Part shown: positions 27,803 through 36,059 of the stretch, piece by piece | Numbering within the stretch: position 1 is the first letter of the stretch | How the letters are laid out: the number at the start of each line of letters is the position of its first letter | Virus record (IMG/VR): IMGVR_UViG_3300035688_001178 | Strand: one strand, 5' to 3' | DNA from: an uncultured virus (IMG/VR IMGVR_UViG_3300035688_001178) | Taxonomy: Duplodnaviria; Heunggongvirae; Uroviricota; Caudoviricetes | DNA length: 64,000 nucleotides | The notes under the pieces: model-generated | Databases searched by the model: none | The model's input: the letters and a program-made list of their open reading frames with translations, nothing else | What the model was told of the DNA's origin: nothing | Translations under genes and position numbers: made by a program

Positions 27803-28020
27803 GTTCCTGCACCAATCAATGCGCGGATTATAGAAGTCGAAATCTCCTCTTTGACGACAAAGATAGCTGCATCTGCGTCCAAGTGGTAATCTTTAAGGCC
27901 GTATTCCTTGATTGCTTTTGCAATCATTACGCAACTAGCATCTTTGACTTCAAGCACTGCAAAGGTCTTTATGTTATGTTCGCCAGCAGACGTTTCGTAA
28001 ACCACAACGATTTTCACCAT
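27799..28020 (-). CDS. hypothetical protein
   Basis: Coupled to helicase. Confidence 0.6.
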   Translation of the reverse strand: MVKIVVVYETSAGEHNIKTFAVLEVKDASCVMIAKAIKEYGLKDYHLDADAAIFVVKEEISTSIIRALIGAGT

Positions 28021-28177
28021 TGCTCGCTCTCCTATTTGTCAAAGAAACGGCATGGCTTCAGTTTTTCGAAATGCTTCTCAAAGTCGGGCCTCATCTGGCA
28101 GCCGTTTCCATATTTACATTCAGGACACAGCAGCTTCGGAGCCTCAGGCTTGTTGCTCTTGGTTCTACTCATTTCTG

Positions 28178-28426
28178 TCAACTTCCAAAAAGGATGCCGT
28201 CTCTCCAACACATCCAGTTATTTTTCAGCATGTCCTCTGTTTGGCAAGCATTATAGTGCTTTTGGAGTAAACAAACTCCTTTGGAAGGTTGCCCGTTCAG
28301 TTTGCAGGGAGCTGACCAGACATCTCCTTTTTCTATGTGTTGTTTACGATGCTCAGAAATCTGTTCTTGAGGAACTTCTTGTCCGCAAATCTTGCATGTG
28401 TTTTTGGTTTCAAACATTTCTGTCAT
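28178..28426 (-). CDS. C2H2 zinc-finger protein
   Basis: CKIC..HRKQH. Confidence 0.6.
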   Translation of the reverse strand: MTEMFETKNTCKICGQEVPQEQISEHRKQHIEKGDVWSAPCKLNGQPSKGVCLLQKHYNACQTEDMLKNNWMCWRDGILFGS

Positions 28427-28518
28427 TTTTGTTATCTCCGTGCCCTTCCGAGGGTAGAGAAAAAATCGATTGTGTGCTTATGGCAACGACCTTTCCCGGG
28501 AGCCCTCAGAAGGGCGTT

Positions 28519-28538
28519 CGTTTTATATGACTAAAACG
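28519..28538. promoter_or_regulatory. palindromic site CGTTTTA-tatgac-TAAAACG beside TATA (tttaaa)
   Basis: Perfect copy at head of leftward helicase operon. Confidence 0.75.
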
Positions 28539-28616
28539 CAATTTAAATCTTTCGCCCCGAAGATGCTGAAGCAAGTATTAAATATCAGATTCCCCTAGAA
28601 AGCTATAGGGACCCGA

Positions 28617-29021
28617 ATGGCAGCACAAATTTTAGGTTTCACCCCCTTATTGAAAAACCTTCCACAAGCCGTTACGATGCGCGTGCAAAGGTCGCTCCCA
28701 ACCCACGCAGCCCTAATATCCGAAACCATAATCAACGATGACACAGCAGGACTCAGCCTCACCCCCCAATGCATTTGGGCAGGCCAGCAGGACAACGGCG
28801 ACCCGTTCAGCGTGTGGGTCTGGCTCAGCGCTGGCAACGTGGAAGCCATATGCGTCATCACCAGTTTTGTACTCGACGGAGTGAACAAAATCGGCATGGA
28901 AATCGCGAGAGTGGCCTACAACCAGCAAACAATCACGGTCCGAGAACAAACTGTTACTTTTGCATTTGTAACCGCACTGCCCGCAATCGGATACACGGCC
29001 TTCAGCTGGGACGTCGTCTAG
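28617..29021 (+). CDS. hypothetical beta-rich protein
   Basis: ATG after TATA-like sequence. Confidence 0.6.
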   Translation: MAAQILGFTPLLKNLPQAVTMRVQRSLPTHAALISETIINDDTAGLSLTPQCIWAGQQDNGDPFSVWVWLSAGNVEAICVITSFVLDGVNKIGMEIARVAYNQQTITVREQTVTFAFVTALPAIGYTAFSWDVV

Positions 29022-29027
29022 ACTCGA

Positions 29028-29594
29028 TTACAACTCTGCATAAATTTCAGTTGTTGGTCTTTGAACTAGACCTAGACCTGGAAGGTTTCCCCCTGCTCCA
29101 CCTAAAACCACTACTCTGCCTTTGAAGATGTTGAATTCGAACAGAATTGTCTTTTTGTCAGTTATTTTGAGGTCTTTGAGGTCTTGCATCAGAACGTAAT
29201 CCTGATAGGTCGCAATCAATACGCAGCGACCTAGACCCACGGTTGCGCTGAAAGGGGCTGTTCGTTCTGGAACTGTCTTACCAATGTTCTTGGATGCTAT
29301 TCCCATGTCTTTGAGGTCGACTTTGCCGTCTCCGTTGAGGTCACAGTCAGGGTTCCAGTTTGAGTCTCCCGCTTGAGAACCGTAGGCTGCCGTCAGCATG
29401 TCAATGTCAACTTGGTCAATAACCCCGTCCCAATCAACGTCGCCCATCTTGTGCCATGCAACGTCGATGACCTTCACCTTAGCTCCTGCTGGGATTATCC
29501 AATAGAATGCCTTCACGTTTAGAGTGGCCGCAGGTCCAACTGGAGCTGACGTTGCGGTCACCGTCATGAGCTGACTTCGGACCATCGCTATCAA
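29028..29594 (-). CDS. dockerin type I-like domain protein
   Basis: GDVDWDGVIDQVD..YGS..NWNPDCDLNGDGKVDLKD. Confidence 0.8.
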   Translation of the reverse strand: MIAMVRSQLMTVTATSAPVGPAATLNVKAFYWIIPAGAKVKVIDVAWHKMGDVDWDGVIDQVDIDMLTAAYGSQAGDSNWNPDCDLNGDGKVDLKDMGIASKNIGKTVPERTAPFSATVGLGRCVLIATYQDYVLMQDLKDLKITDKKTILFEFNIFKGRVVVLGGAGGNLPGLGLVQRPTTEIYAEL

Positions 29595-29595
29595 C

Positions 29596-30495
29596 TCACT
29601 GACCTATTGCGAACCAGTATGCAGTGGTGTTTCCGTAGCTCTGAAATTGGAACCCGGTGCTTGTGGCGTTCCGTATGTGTAGAGGCGTTGGAGCCATATT
29701 TGTTGGTAGCCCCCACATGCTGTAGAGGTCGTTCAGTCTCAGATTTACCGCGTCTTGGATGGCGCCTATTTGACCGTTGATTTTTGTGTTTGCATCGCCA
29801 ATAACTGAGTTAAAAGCCTCCTGAATCCTAATCAAGCGAGCGTTAATCACGGCGTTTGCGTCTCCGACTACGCCGTTAATCGAGTCCCTAACCCGGTCTA
29901 TCTGCACCTGCACAAAACTGTCCCATAGAACGTTTAGGACCCAGCCTGAAACGTACCATCCAGCATAGAATGCGTAGTATACAAGGTTCCCACAGACAAA
30001 ATCCCAAACGATGTCAAGGGGCCAGGGAGGAGCAAGCTGCTTCACGCGATCCCGAGCTCCCTCAGCCACTACCTTGCAGTAGGCGTCACTGTTGAAGTCG
30101 TCCCTAGTGACTCGGGTAATCTCTGTCCCGAAAATGTCTCGAACGGGTTCTATTGTCTTAAGTAGAATGTCTCCCACTCTTCCAATAGTTCTAGACGCAA
30201 TACTTCCCGGGCGACCTAATCCGATAGCTATCGGAACAGCTCCTACCATCGCTTTAGGGTATTTCACAGCGTACCAAACACCTGCCGCAGGTCCTGAAGC
30301 CTTGCCATAAGCAAATGAAGGAAGAGAAGAGAAATTCTTCAGAAAATCGCCTATAGCCTCAGGCCGGTAAGTATCAAGAGTGGGCAGTTTGAACCCATTG
30401 ACAGAAAGCACTTCTGCAGGCAACACAGTTTCGTCGGTCGTTGTTTGAGGTCTTAGCCGTTGAGCAATTTCACGAACCCTTCCACGAATAGCCAT
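29596..30495 (-). CDS. putative virion/membrane protein with coiled-coil repeats
   Basis: Hydrophobic core; duplicated NxVxGDAN..IN. Confidence 0.65.
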   Translation of the reverse strand: MAIRGRVREIAQRLRPQTTTDETVLPAEVLSVNGFKLPTLDTYRPEAIGDFLKNFSSLPSFAYGKASGPAAGVWYAVKYPKAMVGAVPIAIGLGRPGSIASRTIGRVGDILLKTIEPVRDIFGTEITRVTRDDFNSDAYCKVVAEGARDRVKQLAPPWPLDIVWDFVCGNLVYYAFYAGWYVSGWVLNVLWDSFVQVQIDRVRDSINGVVGDANAVINARLIRIQEAFNSVIGDANTKINGQIGAIQDAVNLRLNDLYSMWGLPTNMAPTPLHIRNATSTGFQFQSYGNTTAYWFAIGQ

Positions 30496-30536
30496 AACGA
30501 TACCTATAAATAAGGTATCCTTCTAACCTTTTAAAA

Positions 30537-31433
30537 CTATATCCTCTTTAGGCCTTCAACCTCTTTCGTGAGATCCTCAACTCTGGACACTAGTTTAGCT
30601 ACAGTCTTAATCATGTCACTATTTACGGCCATCGCCGTGTTCAAGCTCCTAGTCACCAACTCTAGATGCTGCATTACCTGAACCGACGTCATGCTACCAT
30701 CACAAAGCCCTACAAACTGTTCCAAACTCCGCTCATCCGCACTGTGAATCTCTTCCCTAAGAACCCCCAAACCCTCTTTCTCGTAAATACGAGCAAACCA
30801 AGACTTGAAACCCTGAAGACTCACGCACCTAGTAGGACTGTCATTCCTAAACCTCTTCCAATCACGATTAAACCCGTACTGAACAACCCCCCACTGCTTA
30901 ATGTTCCCCTCAATAACAGGCCAACCACGGGCCCTACAATAACCATCCACAGCAGCCAACCACAAAACAAACCTGTCAAAATCCAACGGCCTACTCGTAA
31001 AACTCCCCCAAACCATAAACGTCTCCCGACTCAACTGAAAACTCGTACTACCGCCATAATACTTGAACCTCTCACGCACCACACCACCACCCTGTGGCAT
31101 GTTGTTGGCGAAGTTTCCTTTTAGTTTGAGGCTGAGGCCGTGTATTTCGTAGCGGTTTTGGGTTCCATGTGCTTTGAAAAGTCTGTTGAAATCGTCCGTG
31201 AATCTTATGGTTGCGGCGTATAGATGTGTGCAGCCTTCGGGACGGTAGAAAACCTTGCCCTTCTCCGCGAGTTTTTTAAGGGCCCATCTGACTGTTCCAG
31301 GAGGCATGGGTTTGAGTTCTTTGGCTATTTGGGTTGGCGTCCATTCTTCTGGTTGCGCTTCGAGGAACGATAATATCTTATACTCAGCGTTGGTGAGAGT
31401 GTTGACGGTGTTGGTGGGGTGGTGGGCAGACAT
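30537..31433 (-). CDS. wHTH plus Rep_trans-like putative nicking/replication initiator
   Basis: N-terminal HTH (TQIAKEL..TVRWALKKL..G); VVQYGFNRD, RIYEK, LREEIH. Confidence 0.5.
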   Translation of the reverse strand: MSAHHPTNTVNTLTNAEYKILSFLEAQPEEWTPTQIAKELKPMPPGTVRWALKKLAEKGKVFYRPEGCTHLYAATIRFTDDFNRLFKAHGTQNRYEIHGLSLKLKGNFANNMPQGGGVVRERFKYYGGSTSFQLSRETFMVWGSFTSRPLDFDRFVLWLAAVDGYCRARGWPVIEGNIKQWGVVQYGFNRDWKRFRNDSPTRCVSLQGFKSWFARIYEKEGLGVLREEIHSADERSLEQFVGLCDGSMTSVQVMQHLELVTRSLNTAMAVNSDMIKTVAKLVSRVEDLTKEVEGLKRI

Positions 31434-31551
31434 ACTAAGTTCTCCCGGGAAAATAGAAGTATGTTATAGAGGTCTCTTTAAAAGACTTCCAGTCTAGACA
31501 ATTTAGGGTTTTGTTTAAATTTTTTTTGAGCCAGACAGCATAAAATTATTA

Positions 31552-31902
31552 ATGGGTTCTCGATATATGATACTGTTTGATTGTGGAGGCTTGAGCACGT
31601 CTTCTAAAAATAATAAAAAGAACGGCGGCGGCGGAAGGTCCGTGACTGTCGCAAGCTGCCAGGCAACTCACAAAGAAGTGACACATCAAATGTCCAACTT
31701 GCAGACGTCAGTGGACCAAATTGTGAATACGCTTCTTGGCGAACAGAAGCCGGGAAGCTTGGAACGTTCACAAGGACTCGCGCAAGATATCAAGGACCTA
31801 AAGACAAATTCGAAGGGTCGATGGAGTCCAAAAGAGAAGGCTACGATACTCGCGAGTGCAGTAACAGCCGTCGCTGCCATAATTGTAGCAATTTTCAAGT
31901 AG
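31552..31902 (+). CDS. C-terminally anchored membrane protein
   Basis: Coiled coil plus C-terminal TM; start uncertain. Confidence 0.6.
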   Translation: MGSRYMILFDCGGLSTSSKNNKKNGGGGRSVTVASCQATHKEVTHQMSNLQTSVDQIVNTLLGEQKPGSLERSQGLAQDIKDLKTNSKGRWSPKEKATILASAVTAVAAIIVAIFK

Positions 31903-31917
31903 AAAAGAAAAGGGAAG

Positions 31918-32370
31918 TTAGGAGCTTGGCGGTAGCGGTTTGGCCAATTTCAAGAGAGTTCTTCTACCCGCGTCGAATATGAATGCCGCCGACCCTGCAA
32001 TGTACACTGCATAATTCTGGTATGGCGTTCCTTGGAAGGCTGCCATGGCAAAGATTGTGAACCCTTTTAGATACCCCTCAAAACGCAAGTAAGTCGCAGT
32101 CACCTGGTTTGCTTCATAGTGGATATTATCTCTCATTGCAGAGGGCGTCTGATATTTGTTTTCAAAGTAGCCGAACACGTTCGTTAAGAACGCGAACAGC
32201 GGGGTAGCAGCTGAGGTCGTGAAAACGTAGACAATGGCTGTCCAATAGGGCTGTATTTCTGGCGGCAGAGTTGTGATGTCTACTACTTGAATGGCTCCAG
32301 CGATAGCAGTCAGCACAGCCGCAACGACAATCAAAATGATCGTCACGGTGTACGGATTGATCTTAGCCAT
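31918..32370 (-). CDS. multi-pass membrane protein
   Basis: Several hydrophobic helices; GAGG SD. Confidence 0.75.
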   Translation of the reverse strand: MAKINPYTVTIILIVVAAVLTAIAGAIQVVDITTLPPEIQPYWTAIVYVFTTSAATPLFAFLTNVFGYFENKYQTPSAMRDNIHYEANQVTATYLRFEGYLKGFTIFAMAAFQGTPYQNYAVYIAGSAAFIFDAGRRTLLKLAKPLPPSS

Positions 32371-32459
32371 CGAATTCCTCGATACATAGTAAGTGGAGGT
32401 TCTTAAAAGAGATTGCCATTACAGAGGTCTATTATAGAACTTTCCTCTAGGTAGCCTCT

Positions 32460-32765
32460 ATGGATAAATTGTGGGTTCTTGAATGTCCATGTTTTAGATG
32501 CTTACTCGATGACCCACGAAAGGCCAGCATTTGGAGATGCAACCCGAACACCTGTCCCGAACTTACCGAATGGTTAATAACAATCAATAGCAGAGAGGAA
32601 GATTGTGAGAAAATGAAAAGTATAAAGATTACACCAGGTCGCCATCCGTCATTTATGGTAGAAGACAAAGTATGCCTGAACTGTGGAAAGGTAAAACCCC
32701 TGTTACCGAATGGTCTATGCCAAGAGTGCGCTACTGAAATGGCGCGAAGCCAGAAACATTCTTAA
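32460..32765 (+). CDS. Cys-rich Zn-binding protein
   Basis: Multiple CxxC. Confidence 0.55.
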   Translation: MDKLWVLECPCFRCLLDDPRKASIWRCNPNTCPELTEWLITINSREEDCEKMKSIKITPGRHPSFMVEDKVCLNCGKVKPLLPNGLCQECATEMARSQKHS

Positions 32766-32786
32766 AAGTGTCCATGGCTACTACTA

Positions 32787-33386
32787 ATGGGTGAATCAAT
32801 GGCCTTTCTTGACAAGATCAGGGAACGACTTAAAGATAGGCCGAGGATCCTGAAAGAGCCTCTTCTAAAAGAAGACCTCTTGCAGAGTGGACCTATGCGG
32901 ATGAGGCCTCGAGAGGCTACAACTGAAGTCAAGCCTCAAAGCGGCAGAACCTACTCAGGACAAACAGACGAAGGCCTGTGTTTAGAGTGCATCGAAGGGC
33001 ATACCATGATGGGTCAGACGGAAATGAGGCATGCGATCGACAGATACAGAAGTGCAGGCGAGATGACTGAGGGTGTTACAGAAAAAGTCAGAGTTGCCAT
33101 TAGAGAAATCGAGGGAATTGTAGAGGATGCAAGAAGCCTTAAAATCGCCGATATTAAGGTTCAAAAGGGCGTTAATGAGATTCTAGAAGAAACCCGGTGG
33201 ATACGGAAAGAATTCGGCCTTTCTGGGAGAGGCCTAACTAACGGTGAAGGTTCAATGCAGGATCTTACCGAGTTGAGAGATAGAATAGATGCGTTGCAGA
33301 AGCAAGCATACGAGTTGGCGAAGGATTGTCCCACCTGCAAAAAATACAAGAAGGTAGTAGGACAACTGACAGAGAGGAGAAATTGA
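32787..33386 (+). CDS. helical protein with CxxC motifs
   Basis: CLEC..H, CPTC. Confidence 0.75.
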   Translation: MGESMAFLDKIRERLKDRPRILKEPLLKEDLLQSGPMRMRPREATTEVKPQSGRTYSGQTDEGLCLECIEGHTMMGQTEMRHAIDRYRSAGEMTEGVTEKVRVAIREIEGIVEDARSLKIADIKVQKGVNEILEETRWIRKEFGLSGRGLTNGEGSMQDLTELRDRIDALQKQAYELAKDCPTCKKYKKVVGQLTERRN

Positions 33387-33791
33387 ATGGGTGAAGATGA
33401 AAAAGCGGAAGAGGTTCTGGCGGAAACAGACAAGTGTAAAATCGTAAAGAGAGATGGCCAAATTTTTGCTCAATGTGAAGGAAAGGAGCCTATCGACCTT
33501 GGCAAGGTCAAAGAAGACTGTCCGGACTGTGCCGAAGCTGTTGCTGTGGGCTATGCCTTATCCTATGTAAAGCAGGAAAATCCCTACATGGCCAATCGCA
33601 TTTACGAAGATGTAACTAACCAGAAAATAACATCGGAAGAAGCTCTTGACAAGTGCGCCGAGATTCTCAGAGATTCAAATAAACCTGAACTCGTGGAAAC
33701 AGTCCATGTTTTGAAAGAGATGATGCACAAGCCCTTGAGTCAGCTTGAAAAAGAGGCCGAAGAGGCAGAAAAGAGTGTCCCAACCGGATGA
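33387..33791 (+). CDS. acidic hypothetical protein
   Basis: Operon ORF; CPDC. Confidence 0.7.
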   Translation: MGEDEKAEEVLAETDKCKIVKRDGQIFAQCEGKEPIDLGKVKEDCPDCAEAVAVGYALSYVKQENPYMANRIYEDVTNQKITSEEALDKCAEILRDSNKPELVETVHVLKEMMHKPLSQLEKEAEEAEKSVPTG

Positions 33792-34086
33792 GAAACCGAT
33801 CAGCCTCAAGGTCAAAGAGGAAAAAATAGTCTCAGTGAACCTTCCTCAAATCGACTGCAACATGATGGATGCGCGAACACGCAAAGTTATCGTATTTCTG
33901 ATTGACGCGGAGCTAAAACGGAACAGGTCCTATCCGAAAGAGTGGGTCGATGGAGTCAACGGCGAGCTCACAGCTATTAAGGAAGGACTGGAAATGTGTA
34001 CCAAAGTGCGGAAGAGGAGAGAGGAGAACGCCGAACAAGAATCTGGCGCCACAGGGAGCAGTGCAGAACCTTCGTCCACGACTTGA
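33745..34086 (+). CDS. hypothetical protein
   Basis: Operon ORF; start uncertain. Confidence 0.55.
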   Translation: MKKRPKRQKRVSQPDEKPISLKVKEEKIVSVNLPQIDCNMMDARTRKVIVFLIDAELKRNRSYPKEWVDGVNGELTAIKEGLEMCTKVRKRREENAEQESGATGSSAEPSSTT

Positions 34087-34420
34087 AGAGTTCGCAAAAA
34101 GCAACGAACTGTTTCTGAATCCCAAGTTTGACTGGAAAATAACTTGGATGGAAACTCACCAGGGAAGATGCTTCTGCGACTGGGAAAAGCGTTTCTGCCC
34201 CTGCGAGCATGCCCTTGAAGACCTAAAACGGTTCGGAGGCATTTGTCTTTGCGGGGTTCTCTGTACCAAAGATAAACTGCTATACTACCAAACTGTGCAT
34301 GAAACAAAACTTCTGTCTCCAGAGGAAAAGAAAGCGGCAAAGGAACGACTCAAGCAGCAGCAGAAGAAAAATGAAAACGTCTATCAGCATATTTTCCAAA
34401 AAAGAAAAAGAAAGGGTTGA
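33950..34420 (+). CDS. ferredoxin-thioredoxin reductase catalytic-subunit-like protein (start probably near 34060)
   Basis: CFC..CPC..CLC spacing like FTR CPC/CPC/CHC. Confidence 0.65.
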   Translation: MESTASSQLLRKDWKCVPKCGRGERRTPNKNLAPQGAVQNLRPRLEEFAKSNELFLNPKFDWKITWMETHQGRCFCDWEKRFCPCEHALEDLKRFGGICLCGVLCTKDKLLYYQTVHETKLLSPEEKKAAKERLKQQQKKNENVYQHIFQKRKRKG

Positions 34421-34425
34421 AGCGT

Positions 34426-34632
34426 TTAGCTTCTTTTGCCCGCGCAGCCGTGAACTGCTTGCGTGAACTTGGCCTGGAAGCCCTTGTCGTACCTGCCTCC
34501 GTTGTGAGGACCAGGCGTACCCTTCATTGCCTTGCCGACGCAGATGTTGAAACCGCTTGGGCGTTTCTTGAATCTGAGCCCGCCTCCACCGATGGAGATT
34601 TCGAGCCCTCCGAGCTTTTTATGACTTACCAA
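34426..34632 (-). CDS. small basic protein, possible DNA-condensing core protein
   Basis: K/R/G-rich; GAGG SD. Confidence 0.55.
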   Translation of the reverse strand: MVSHKKLGGLEISIGGGGLRFKKRPSGFNICVGKAMKGTPGPHNGGRYDKGFQAKFTQAVHGCAGKRS

Positions 34633-34721
34633 CGAAATTCCTCTTTAAGAGTAAAGTACACTGAAAAGGTTATATATCATTCGCAAAGAAGGTTTTATAT
34701 TATCCGCAAGTCTATTCATAA

Positions 34722-35210
34722 ATGGTTTTTATGCCAAGAAGAGGTAAATATGGACACTATACATTCATTAGGGAAAAAATTTGTGAAAGCTGTGGCGTAT
34801 CGTTCATAATCGATGGAGGGAATGCCAAGTTTTGTGGCGAATGTCGCGTTCAACGAAAGGAGGGAGATCGATTACAAAAGCTCAAGCGAAACAAGAATTG
34901 GTGCTTGAAAAATAGAAATACAGAAACAACGAGGAAAAAAATCGCTTACTTGAAGTTCAAAATGGAAGTTCTGAGCGCACTAGGACTACAATGTGTCAAA
35001 TGTGGAAACACAGACCACCGCTGCTTACAAATTGACCATGTAAATGGCGGAGGTTTAAAAGACATAAGGCAATTCAAGTCCGTTCAGGACTATTTTAGAG
35101 AGGTTATTAGATCATCCAAGAATCATGAAGGAAAGTATCAACTGTTGTGTGCTAACTGTAATTGTATAAAACGCTGCGAAAAGCATGAGGTCCCAAAGTC
35201 TAGATCTTAA
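34722..35210 (+). CDS. HNH endonuclease
   Basis: CVKCG..QIDHVNG..QLLCANCN. Confidence 0.8.
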   Translation: MVFMPRRGKYGHYTFIREKICESCGVSFIIDGGNAKFCGECRVQRKEGDRLQKLKRNKNWCLKNRNTETTRKKIAYLKFKMEVLSALGLQCVKCGNTDHRCLQIDHVNGGGLKDIRQFKSVQDYFREVIRSSKNHEGKYQLLCANCNCIKRCEKHEVPKSRS

Positions 35211-35616
35211 TATCTTTTTGTCCTAGAGGAATCTTCTCGATTTTTTCCTCAAATAGTCTCAGGAACATGGAAAGGTTTCGCACTATCGCTTGTGACGAAT
35301 CGACCTTTGCTTCGGAAAAGTCCATTTGTTCCTGCATGCCGGTGAGATACGGAAGCATCAGAGCAAAAAGAGCCTCCAACCAGTTGCGATCATAGTAGGC
35401 AGGTTGAAGCATGTAGTACGTCTTGTCGTCTCCGTTTATGTCGACTGTCCCGGCCATCCCCCACTCCACCATCTGTTTCATGTGGTACGCTGTCAGCTGC
35501 GTCGACATTTTGCTAAGTTTCGAAATATGCTCCAATATAAGGGGTCTGTTTGCTTTTTGCATTGCCTTTATGATTTTGATTTTAGTTAAGAAAAAATCTT
35601 GAGGCATGGACTTCAC
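35200..35616 (-). CDS. winged-helix transcription regulator
   Basis: HISKLSKMSTQLTAYHMKQMVEWG. Confidence 0.7.
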   Translation of the reverse strand: MKSMPQDFFLTKIKIIKAMQKANRPLILEHISKLSKMSTQLTAYHMKQMVEWGMAGTVDINGDDKTYYMLQPAYYDRNWLEALFALMLPYLTGMQEQMDFSEAKVDSSQAIVRNLSMFLRLFEEKIEKIPLGQKDIKI

Positions 35617-35765
35617 CTTTCCATAGAATGTTTCACGGCCGCTAGGCGTTGCTCAAGTATTTCCGTATTTTGCCCTTCTTGTTTAGCCTTTGCTATCTGT
35701 CGCTCGAGATCTCCTCTGAGTCTGTTGAGGCCCATCCAGGAAAGTGTTTTGTCGACTTCAGACAT
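35613..35765 (-). CDS. small hypothetical protein
   Basis: MSEVDK start downstream of palindrome. Confidence 0.5.
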   Translation of the reverse strand: MSEVDKTLSWMGLNRLRGDLERQIAKAKQEGQNTEILEQRLAAVKHSMER

Positions 35766-35794
35766 AACATAATCTATGGAATAACGAATATTTG

Positions 35795-35814
35795 CGTTTT
35801 TCTGTTCTAAAACG
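35795..35814. promoter_or_regulatory. palindromic site CGTTTTT-ctgttc-TAAAACG
   Basis: 1 mismatch; upstream of wHTH operon, next to oligo-T terminator. Confidence 0.65.
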
Positions 35815-35832
35815 AAAAAAAGAAAGGGAAAT

Positions 35833-36045
35833 TTAAGCAGTTTTGACCCAAGCATAGTATTTGCCGAGGAGTCCGAAGTCCAAGTCGAGCTCTGACGCTC
35901 TAACGTAGTCTTCGTAGCCGGTTGGCGGTGCGGTCGGCGCAGTTGTTCCAGATTCCCAGTACAGGTCGATCGTCACCGAAGCATCAGCTGACACATGAGC
36001 AGTGGCCGTTGCCTGTTTTCCGAAACCCACTTTACCTCTTCCCAC
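35833..36045 (-). CDS. small putative structural protein
   Basis: Last ORF of structural operon. Confidence 0.6.
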   Translation of the reverse strand: MGRGKVGFGKQATATAHVSADASVTIDLYWESGTTAPTAPPTGYEDYVRASELDLDFGLLGKYYAWVKTA

Positions 36046-36059
36046 CTAATAAGCAGGAG

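Noticed and set aside
34417..34809. 130-aa plus-strand ORF
   Set aside because: Antisense to the SD-supported basic ORF 34426-34632 and crosses a promoter-like region
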